From Octopus sinensis (lineage: Eukaryota), in the NCBI RefSeq assembly GCF_006345805.1, contig NC_043000.1, positions 113,460,001-113,524,000 on the forward strand: 64,000 bases of DNA. Reading direction: 5' to 3'. Below the pieces are notes generated by a model. It was not told the origin of the DNA, made no database searches, and worked only from the letters and a program-made list of their open reading frames with translations. Made by a program: the position numbers and the translations under genes. This document shows positions 13,290 to 23,582 of this stretch, in pieces. Each line of letters begins with the position of its first letter. The first letter of the stretch is position 1.

Positions 13290-14570
13290 GCAGAAAAGCA
13301 GGCATGGAGGAGGTCGTTGACCATATTTGTTCAAAGGATGGTAAAGTGCGCAGACTGGTGTTGCTATAGCAACAAGCCTGCTTCATGCAGTTCTTTTCTG
13401 TTGTTTATGACAAAGCTCAATTTGTTGAACTGAGAAGAGTACCCCTGTTGCGTTGTGTAGCCCTGGTTTTTTTTTTGAAGTGACCGTGCACATATATTTA
13501 CTCTTGTGAATGTGCAATTTCCTTGTGGTGCTCCCGATATAGGTACCCAACATTTACTGCAAAATAACTTGTATACAACATAGGGCCCCAAGCACATTTT
13601 GTAATCGTTGAAGGGGCAAGTGAATACTGCGCACCCCCCGATGGTATTTGTGCTGTTATTCATTGACAGAAATTCCCTCAGGAATGGAATAGTGTGCATG
13701 ATCTGTATGTTGAGTCCATTCCTACGGATTGCGTTTTATAGCAGCAGTGGCCATATCGTCGAATTTTTTTATGCGACCTTTTCAAGCCTAGCCAGGCGCA
13801 TGGCTCCGGTTTCCCAGTTTCTGTGGCATATGTGTTCCGCCCAGCTTGACGGAACGCCAGTCCATCGCAGCGTTAGTCAAGAAACAGGAGGAGTGAGAGA
13901 AAGTTGTGGCGAAAGAGTACGGCTGGAGTCGCCACCACCTCCTGCCGGAGCCTCATGGAGCCTCATGGAGCTCAATAAACACACACACAACGCCCGGTCT
14001 GAGAATCGAAACCGCGATCCTCCGACCTTGAGTCCGCTGCCCTAACCACTGGGCCATCGTCGAAATAGGGCCGTTTAATGAAGCACATGTTAGAGTTGGG
14101 ATCATGATTTACTAAACTTTGTGTTTTTAGATGCAGCCGTTTGGCTAAAGATGGTGGGTAGCCGTTGTCCATTACGTTGCTGAGGAAGCGTTTGTTGTTG
14201 GAAGCTTTGTCGTTTGTGTCACTGCATCTGTCTCTTAAGCGTGAGACTTCGATTCGCGCGTATGCGACTTTGGCTCTGGTGGGGCAGGGCTAACTCGTAG
14301 CGTACAAACAGTTTCCTACTGGCCGCTTTCCTGTACAAGTCTGTATAGACTGAACTGTCATCTGTGACCCTGATTTGGAGAGAGAGAAAAAGGATGTTCT
14401 GAACTCTTCCGGATATTGTTACAAATTTCACATCCTTGTCGGTGTAACTAATTCTCTGGTGTATGTCGATCGCTCCCTCCCGAGATGGAGGTGAGCAAAC
14501 ATCAAGATATCAGCAACGTATCTGGAGAAGAAATGATACTTGAACGGCAGGTGTTGAGAGCCGTGAACTC
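13290..14570 (-). mobile_element. Penelope-like element remnant (RT C-terminal half + GIY-YIG endonuclease), interrupted by a SINE
   Basis: Minus-strand motifs in order: FSRYVADILMF (degenerate YVDD, 14509-14520), ILFLSLQI...TDLYRK, NGYP...LPY-like linker, then VVYKLFCSKC / YIGSTTRKLH (about 13510-13585, frameshifted). Confidence 0.8.
13815..14055 (-). mobile_element. SINE family C inserted in the Penelope-like remnant
   Basis: cccggtctgagaatcgaaaccgcgatcctccgaccttgagtccgctgccctaaccact is the reverse complement of a tRNA-like head; similar to 39655-39930 and 47655-48005. Confidence 0.8.
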
Positions 14571-14799
14571 ATGTACGTCTATGGATGTGTGTGTGTGAAA
14601 GAGAGTGAGAGAGAGACAGACAGACTGACAGACAGACAGACAGACAGACAGGCAGACAGACAGACAGACAGGCAGGCAGGCAGACAGACAGACAGACAGG
14701 GGAGGCGGACGTCATACACCAGAGATACTGTAACATCGACAAGCATATATAATTTAAAATAGAACACCCGGACGAGTATGGAACCGGCTTTTTCGCTCT

Positions 14800-15323
14800 C
14801 TCTCCTCCTCTCTCTTTCTCTCTCTCACTGTCTCTCTCTCGCTCTCCATCTCACTCTCTCTTTTTTATCCTTCTCTCACCAATTCTCTCTCTCTTTCACT
14901 GTCTCTCTCTTACTGTCCCTCTCACTCTATCTTTATCTCTCTCTCACCATACCCCTCTTTCTCCCTCTCACCCACCTCTCTCTCCTCTTTCTCTCTTTCT
15001 CTCTCTTACTGTCTCTTTCTCTCTCCCTCTCCATCTCACTCTCTCTCTCTTTTATCCTCCTCTCACCAATTCTCTCTCTCTTTCATTGTCTCTCTCTTAC
15101 TCTCCCTCTCACTCTCTCTTTATCTCTCTCTCACCATGCCCCACTTTCTCTCTCTCACCCACCTCTCTCTCTCGTCTCTCACTCTCTTCCTCTCTCTCAT
15201 TGCCTCTCTCTTCATCTTTATCTCACTCTCTCTTTTTTTATCCTTCTCTCACCATTTCTCTCTCTCTTTCATTGTCTCTCTCTCACTCTCCCTCTTCCTC
15301 TCTCTTTATCTCTCTCTCCCTCA

Positions 15324-15360
<37 letters not shown>
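14800..15360. repeat. CT-rich tract with ~180-bp higher-order periodicity
   Basis: The block tttatccttctctcacca.ttctctctctctttca.tgtctctctc recurs near 14860, 15050 and 15235. Confidence 0.8.
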
Positions 15361-15371
15361 ATATACAAAAC

Positions 15372-15900
15372 TTAGTGGGTATGAGGTCGCTTGATCGTGA
15401 AGCGTATACTAGTGACCCTCGTTGTCCAATCCATCTCTAACAAAATGTCATTAAGGTCGGCCCTTATATTACAATAGCAGTGTTTCCCCCATCATGCTAG
15501 AAATGAAAATTCCCCATCTTTAATGTTCTCTATAATGTTTGGTAGGTCGCAGTAAATTCAAGTAAATGGCATCAGTCACAGAACTGTGGAAGAAAATCTT
15601 CCATGATAAGCAAGAGTATACTGTAACCCCTTGTTAATTACATGATGGCCCTCCCTAATTTGCATAAACTCAAGCACAATGATTAACTGAGCCATTTAAG
15701 TTTAATGTATAACTTTATCACTCACAATTGTAGTTTCAATATTTGGCGTGGGTCTATGCTCCCACTTAAATCGGGACGTCCAAGTATGTCCGTAAATTAA
15801 ACTAGCCATTCGATAAATGGATATCGAAGAAATAAGTTCCTTAGTAAAATAAGTACTTGGGCTGCTATGATCAACTAAATGCCTTGGGAGTGATTCCCAA
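15372..15900 (-). mobile_element. Tc1/mariner-superfamily transposase remnant
   Basis: Minus strand across frameshifts: SDKVI..KLNGSVNH (cf. SDEATFKLNGSVNRHN), HDG, HCYCNIRADLNDILLERWIGQRGSLVYASRSSDLIP (cf. RWIGRRG..EWPPRSPDLTP). Confidence 0.65.
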
Positions 15901-16009
15901 ACAAAATCGAAGCCCCATAACTAAAACCAATAACAATATAAAAGAAAGTGCTGTCAAATTACAGCCTTGCATCAACGTTTGCATGTAGGTTACCATCATC
16001 TTACCATTC

Positions 16010-16431
16010 TATTTCTTTACTACCCACAAAGGACTAAACACAGAGAGGACAAACAAGGACAGACAAACGGATTAAGTCGATTATATCGACCCCAGTTCGT
16101 AACTGGTACTTAATTTACCGACCCCGAAAGGATGAAAGGCAAAGTCGACCTCGGCGGAATTTGAACTCAGAACGTAGCGGCAGACGAAAATACCTATTTC
16201 TTTACTACCCACGAGGGAGTAAACACAGAGAGGACAAACAAGGACAACAGACAAACAGATTAAGTCGATTACATCGAGCCCAATGCGTAACTGGTACTTA
16301 ATTTATCGACCCCGAAAGGATGAAAGGCAAAGTCGACCTCGGCGGAATTTGAACTCAGAACGTAACGGCAGACGAAATACAGCTACGCATTTCGCCCGGC
16401 GTGCTAACGTCTCTGCCAGCTCGCCGCCTAC
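16010..16431 (-). mobile_element. SINE family A, dimeric copy with 20-bp TSD
   Basis: Two tandem ~190-bp units. TSD ttaccatcatctta(c/t)cattc at 15990-16009 and 16432-16451. Confidence 0.92.
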
Positions 16432-17290
16432 TTACCATCATCTTATCATTCAATCCTGAAGCTATATATCACTTCCCTGTATAGCTGACATGAACAATGC
16501 TGACGACTATCCAACAAATATTCGCACTTCTCTTCAGACCAGGGATATTTCTCTTCACAATCTGAACTGAAAGTAGCAGCACTAATAATGTCGCTACGAA
16601 ATTTGGCAGCACCAAATCTCTGCAATTGTACAAGACATTTTATCAAACTCTTCATTCTCTCACATAATCAAATCCGCTTTTATGACAGGCTTTTGCCAGG
16701 GGAGATGTTTTCATTCCACACATTCTCTTCTGTCCATCGCATATGCTATTTCTTTCAGGTGCTGACGTTTTTATGGTCATCAATAAAACTTAAATAGTCA
16801 CTCATATTTGCTCAAATTCATCTGACAAGTCCATGGTTCTCTCTCATTCATATCTATTCTCTCAGATAAACCGCAGAATAAAAGACTTTTCAATTCCTGA
16901 GTACGGGCTGAATAAAACATATTTCTCGTTGAATTACTTTTGTTTTATGTCTATTATCAATTTAGAATTACAAGAAAATATCTAAATTAAAGCATAAAGA
17001 CCGCATTTTCTTATGTTACAAAACTGAATTTACCAATAGCCACAGTCTCGAAAATGTGAAACATCAAAGAACCCCGGAAAACTTCAAATCAAAACTTGTA
17101 TCTGTATCACAATAAGAAAAATATATGCAAATGTAATTAGATACAGAAGCACCACGTAAAAACTTGCTAAATGCAAGCTAAACAACAAAATATAACACAA
17201 AAAATATAAGTCTAACAAAAAATACTTCTATGTGTGTGTGTGTGTATGTGTGTGTGTGTGTGTGTGTTGTGTGTGTGTGTGTGTGTGTGT

Positions 17291-17480
17291 GTAGTTGAAA
17301 TTTATAGAAAGAAAAAGACGAAGACAGGTGTGGGAACAACAAGCAGGTGTATTAGTTAGTTTAATGCTCGGGAAGAATGGAAGAGTCTTTGACGTTTCGA
17401 GCCTACGCTCTTTGACAGGAAGGACTGAGAGGACAGGACAAACTAATGAAAAGAGAACGCCAAAAAACGAAGCGGGTGGG
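17291..17480 (-). mobile_element. Second copy of the 730-900 repeat with minimal hammerhead-like motif
   Basis: Minus strand reads CTGTCAA-AGAGC-GTAG-GCTC-GAAA-CG-TC-AAAG at about 17386-17418. Confidence 0.5.
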
Positions 17481-18844
17481 GGAGAAAGAAAATATGGAGG
17501 GATTAACAGTTCAACATGATGAAACGACCTGAATATATGGCAATGAAAGACGGAAGATGAAATATACAAGAATTTATTATCAATTACGACAATTATATCG
17601 ATACATGTAGCATCGATCCTTCATTGGTGGGACACTGAACAACTGGTTCAGGAGTATCCGGCGGTGCAGATATATCTCGTCGAGTGATAAATAAATGCAA
17701 CTCGTTAAAATGAGTTCCGCAACGTAACTTCTCGTTTTGTAGAATGAACAGTAGCCAGACGGAGGAAATATCTTCACTTATATAGAAGATCAAATATAAA
17801 ATTACAGATGGCGAAAAGAGAACACGCAATCCAGCGAGAGAAGTATGAAAGCTAACCGTTAACAGGTATGGATGTATAAGCACCCTCAGTCAAGCTGCAT
17901 GGCGCGATTACACTCGCTCATACAAGCATCCGCGGAAATGTGTGCATACGAACACGTGAAGTTTGGTGCACTCTTGATCACAAATCGAGTTAGCAGTCTA
18001 CTTGGTGTTTGTAATTAATTAAGTCATCCATACGTTAAAGTAAATTAAATTATGCTAACAATTATTCAAGGAAGAAGGTTGCCCGCCTAAGGACCCTACT
18101 GCTTCGGGGGGGGGGGGGGGGAGACTCTCGACAAAGTGGAAGAGTTCCACTCTCCCGAAGTCAGGAAGAAAAGAATGAAAAGAAAAGAAGAAGAACAGGT
18201 TATTTCAGGTGGGAGATGATGTGCCGTCTGCATGTCCCGAAGTTGTGCCACCCACGGTGGAAGAAACGACCCCCACCATTAAAGATGATGAATTAATTAT
18301 CTTTTTCTACACAGGTGGGGAGGTGGAAAAAATAGTAGAACATAAAGAGATAGTAGATATGCCCTTCACACTGGATCCCGAATAGCTTCTACAGATAGTT
18401 GTGGAGGTCATAGGATTTCCCTTGTGGGAAAGGCTTAAAGGATATGGGGAGGAGTGTTGCATATGGCCATGTGGCCCTTACACGACATACATGTCTTACA
18501 TGACTGTGGCATGGGAAATGACGGGATACAGGAACTCAAACGGCAATGAAGATAATGATGGATATATTGATGGGTATATCGATGAGTAGGAGGTGAAAAA
18601 ACTTCGTTAGAGGGTTTGGAACCTCATTTTATTGTATTATTTGTAGTGGTTTATAACCTCAATTGTGTATTTAAAAAAAACATGTTAAGTAAGAGGTTTT
18701 AGTGCCTCCTACTTGTAAGAGGTTTCAAAATCCAATCAGCGGGTGCTGGGTTTCGTCACACATTTATTCATTTTATTTCATATTCATTCATTAATATGTT
18801 TGTCCAGCCCGCAAAGCTATCCAATCTTTGTACTGCCTTTGTAG

Positions 18845-19019
18845 CAAATTTGATAAAATAAAGTAGCTTGCTTACCAACCACATGGTTCCGGGTTCAGTC
18901 CCACTGCGTGACACCTTGGGCAAGTGTCTTTTACTATAGCCTAGGGCCAACGAAAGCCTTCTGAGTGGATTTGGTAGACGAAACTGAAAGAAGCCCGTCA
19001 TATATATATATGTTTATAT

Positions 19020-19061
<42 letters not shown>

Positions 19062-19436
19062 TTATATATATATATATATATAATATATATGTACATATAT
19101 ATATATACATATATATATTTATATATATATATTTATATATGTATGTATCTATGTATGTATGTATGTATGTATGTATGTATGTATGTATGTATGTATGTAT
19201 GTATGTGTGTGTGTATGTATATATATATATATGTTTGTATGTCTATGTTTGTCCCCCAACATCGCTTGACAACCGATGCTGGTGTGTTTACGTTCCCGTC
19301 ACTTAGCGGTTCGGCAAGAGACACCGATAGAATAAGTACCAGGCCTACAAAGAATAAGTCCTGGGGTCGATTTGCTCGACTAAACGCGGTGCTCCAGCAT
19401 GGCCGCAGTCAAATGACTGAAACAAGTAAAAGAATA
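18845..19436 (+). mobile_element. SINE family B with expanded internal (TA)/(TATG) microsatellite
   Basis: Head agtagcttgcttaccaaccacatggttccgggttcagtccc, CORE-like accttgggcaagtgtc, tail ggtgctccagcatggccgcagtcaaatgactgaaacaagtaaaag. Confidence 0.9.
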
Positions 19437-19565
19437 TAGGGATATATGTACATTCATATATATATATATATTATATATATATATATATATATTGTGTGTG
19501 TGTGTGGGGTGTGTGTGTGTGTGGTGGTGTGGTGTGTGTGTTGGTGGTGTTGTGTGTGTGGTGTG

Positions 19566-19596
<31 letters not shown>

Positions 19597-19597
19597 T

Positions 19598-20310
19598 AGG
19601 TATGTAGAAAAATACAACATGGACAAGAACGTATAACTCATAGAAGACGATACAATAAACGGACAAGGACATTCGAACCCCTCAGTCTTCAGTCAAGAAC
19701 CGGATCATCGTAGTAATTTCGGCTGATTAATCTTGAGATTACTAGATCACGGCCAGCCCTCCAAGAAAAACTAAGCTGGAAGCGTAGATTTCCTGGAAGA
19801 AGGATCGAATGCATACGAACACCAGGACAGCAAAAGGGACAGATATAAAAAAAAACAAAAAACAATAATGGAATACAGAAACATGAAATACAGAAGCATT
19901 AACGGTGAAAACAACAAGTGTCTTACGACTGATAACAAGCAAACAAATTTTTTCTCTGGCGCATTGGAAAAAGCCTTTATAGCGGCGGACGAAGAACAAC
20001 GATGTTAACACGACGAGGGTCAGGAGCTGAAAGGCAGATTTCGGCCAACAGTCACGTGACAGAGAAGAGGGAAAAGAAAAGAAAGAGAAGCAAAGGAAGA
20101 GAGAGAGAGAAAAAGGGGGACAAAACGCAACAAAGAGAGAGAAGAGAGAGAAAGAAGGAATCAGAGAGGAGAAGGGATGGGTGTCGAAGAATGACCTGTG
20201 AGTGCAGAGCGAGACAAAGAAATAGGAGGGTAGTGGAAGACTAGACCAAAGGATCAGAGGAAAGAGAAGATGAATAGAGAGAAAGTAAAAATGAGAGAGA
20301 GAGAGAGACA
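19598..20310 (-). mobile_element. Diverged monomer of the 742-bp array element
   Basis: Shares the core ctcaagattaatcagccgaaatt...gatgatc.ggttcttgactga.gactgaggg.ttcgaatgtcc, the TCACGTGAC site after a CT-rich tract, and the same terminus (taccta followed by (TA)n). Confidence 0.85.
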
Positions 20311-20581
20311 AACAGAGAGTCGTACCAATTATTAAGAATATGTGTTCACATTAATGATAAAGGGGGTACGGGGCGCCTGGAATATATGTTAAGGTATGTA
20401 TATATGTATATGTATATATGCATGTATGTATGTATGTATATCTGCCTATCTCTCTATATGTATTTGTGTTCGTACATGTGTTTGTGTGCGTATGTGTGTG
20501 TCTGCGCGCGTGCGTGTGTGTATAGTTTTATATATATGTGTGTGTGTCTGTGTGTGTGTGTGTGTACATACATACAAATAC

Positions 20582-20637
<56 letters not shown>

Positions 20638-20675
20638 TGATTGATTGATAGATAGATAGATAGATAGATAGATAT

Positions 20676-20752
<77 letters not shown>
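20582..20752. repeat. (GATA)n microsatellite
   Basis: Directly visible. Confidence 0.98.
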
Positions 20753-21206
20753 GGTATTAGAATTTAGTTGAGATGTTAAATTTCTCAACAGGATTTCTGT
20801 TCCCACGTTTTGATACTGCTACTACTACTACTACTGCTACTGCTACTGTTACTCCTGCTACTGTTGCTGCTGTTGTGGCTGATGATTTCTCTTGATGTTG
20901 TTATTCTTATGGAATTCTGTCCTTTGGCAAGTCTCGCTCTCTTCTCTTTGACTAATTATACTTCAGCTCTAATTAGGCAACTATTTATTCTCATCCAGCA
21001 GATTAGCCAAAGATATGTGAGTAATGTCGGAATTGCCTTTCAAGCGGCTTCTCACAGAAAATTGCAGCTGTTATTTCAAATTAATTAACTCCCTTTGCAA
21101 CCTCTCTAACACATGCATCTCAGATTAACCACATAAAATTACAGTATGTCTTTTTTACGCTTCCCTTTCACTATTTATGAATAAATGATATCTGCCAGGT
21201 ATATAG

Positions 21207-21247
<41 letters not shown>

Positions 21248-21277
21248 CATATATATGTGTGTGCGTGCGTACACACC

Positions 21278-21327
<50 letters not shown>

Positions 21328-21448
21328 TGCGTGTGTATGTATATGTATCCATTATTCAGTATAATTTGAACACCAATGTATTACTGTATCGCGTCTGTTA
21401 ACCTATTCATATGCGACCTTATCTTTCTATTAATATATTATTGTATTA

Positions 21449-21775
21449 AGGCGGCGGGCTGGTAGAAACGTTAGCACGGTGGGCGAAATGCATAGCGGTA
21501 TTTCGTCTGTCTTTACGTTCTGAGTTCAAATTCCGCCGAGGTCGACTTTGCCATTCATCCTTTCGGGGTTCATAAATTAAGTACCAGTTACGCACTGGGG
21601 TCGATATAATTGACTTAATCCGTTTGTCTGCCCTTGTTTGTCCTCTCTATGTTTAGCCCCTTGTGGGAAATAAAGAAATAGGTATTTTGTCTGTCGTTAC
21701 GTTCTGAGTTCAAATTCCGCCGACGTCGACTTTGACTTTCATCCTTTCGGGGTCGATAAATTAAGTACCAGTTAC
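21449..21775 (+). mobile_element. SINE family A, about 1.5 units
   Basis: Head aggcggcgggctggtagaaacgttagc, B-box gagttcaaattcc, core gtcgactttgcc.ttcatcctttcgggg, tail agccccttgtggg.aataaagaaata, then restart at ggtattt. Confidence 0.9.
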
Positions 21776-22296
21776 AGGGTAACATCGCCAACCTCAACAC
21801 TTTAAGCATTCTTACAAATGTTAGAATTAGAAACAATTTCAACGAATTCCACAGCTGACTTTCAAAAGACACACACAACTGAGGTTATATATCATCACAA
21901 CTTGGTTCTCTGTACATCCTGAATAATTCATATTACAAGTACACACAGACATACACAAACACATGCACCGGCATATTTATGCATCACCAAGCTGATCAAA
22001 AGGAATTAGAAGAACTGTTTCTCAGACATCCATCTTTTGCGCCACACATTTATCTACGACATCCACAAAGGAAAACAATTCTCCAGCTTTCTTCGGATGT
22101 AGAAAGCAACTCAAAATCTTCAAAACATCACAAACGAAAGAGAACCATTATGAAACAAAATCAAGGCCTACGAAAGTCCGACTCAGAGGTTCCATATAAA
22201 CAGCTCACATGACAACATAAAAATGTGCATCGCTATCATATCATCAACCTCTTTAGTTCACTGTCAAGGAAAAGTAAAATTGAACTGAGCTGAGAT

Positions 22297-22390
22297 ACCC
22301 TTCGGTTATGACTGACCATGGTATTGCACCCAGAAAGCTACCCTCCCAGGTACAAGTCCGAGCAAGGTTGTTTATGGAAGACCAGCCGTA
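22297..22390 (+). mobile_element. SINE-associated fragment abutting the truncated LINE copy
   Basis: acccttcggttatgactgaccatggtattgcacccagaaag...gcaaggttgtttatggaagaccag matches the reverse complement of 41045-41147. Confidence 0.65.
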
Positions 22391-22391
22391 T

Positions 22392-23116
22392 CTGTAGAGC
22401 TTATCCCGAACGAGTAGCGCTTCTCGGTTGCACTGCTAGGCCAGGGATCTCTGGAAGTTGTCAATAGATCCTGGCCGGAAAGTCGTCCTGAACAGGCGGG
22501 TCAATATTCCTCGTCAACGCCCAGGTTTGCCCCGAGGTCGTCGTCGAACCTCCCCTCCACTAATCCCCTATAGAATTCTTTGGTTGTGTTGAAGTCGCTC
22601 AAGGTTGACCCGGGACAGTATAGTTGCTTGAGAGCAACGCGACACTCGCAGCGCCATTCGCCCTTCCTTAGCCTCTTTTTGATCCACGACTGCAGTTCAG
22701 TCATGGAGACGAGTTGCGGGAAAGCGTGCCTCACAAACGGCGACCACACCTGTTCACCGTCGTCTACGTGGGGCCGGAGATGTCGCAGTCTCAGCGCGTG
22801 TCTGTGCATCATCAACCACGGCATGCCCAGTCCTCCTTTTAACGGGTGTTGACAGCAAATGGATCGTCTGACCATCGAGACGCATCCTTTCCACAAGAAG
22901 CGGAAGAGAATGCGTTCTAGTTTGGTGATGGTAGGGTTGGGACAAGGCACGACATTCAGGCGGTAGTAGATGACGGATGCGATGTACGTGTTCGACACCT
23001 CCGGCCGACCTTTTGGGGACAGTTTCCCCTCGGCCCATTGCCAGGCGAGATTGGCCACCCTACTCGTTATCTCATTCCAGTTCTTCTCCATTTGGAGGTC
23101 CGGACCAAACCAGACC
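22392..23116 (-). mobile_element. Truncated older copy of the Tx1-like LINE (RT C-terminal region)
   Basis: The 22501-23211 ORF is collinear with residues WFGPDLQ...GVDEEY of the 23583-25718 ORF, with scattered substitutions. Confidence 0.95.
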
Positions 23117-23582
23117 AAATAGATAGATAGACAGACAGGTAGGTAGGTGGATAGATAGATTGATCGATAGATAGATAGATATGTTTCTTTATTAGCCACA
23201 CAGGGCTGCACACAGATAGAACAAATTACAAGGTAGAGCTTTTCTTTTGAAGGTTTAAAAAAAAAAAATAATAAAAAATAAAAATAAAATAAAAATAAAA
23301 TAAAAAAAGGGGGGATCGATCAAAAGGGATCGTAAAAGGAGAGAAAGAGGACAAAAAAAAGGGAGGGTTAAAAAAAAGGGGGAGAGGAAAAAAATTGATC
23401 AATAGGGATCGTTATCACAGAAATGTCAATATGAAGTGTAAAGGGGGGGGGCAGGTGAGGTCTACCCGTGGAAAGAAAAGCCTACGGAAAAGACCACGGT
23501 AACCTCGGTCAATGAAGTCACATGTTATCTTTCTTTTTTTTTTTTTTGCAAATAAGCAACTCTCTGTATTAATTTTTACGGT

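Noticed and set aside
13230-13300. Hammerhead at the 3' end of the Penelope-like remnant
   Set aside because: CGAAA is present on the minus strand but there is no CUGANGA core.
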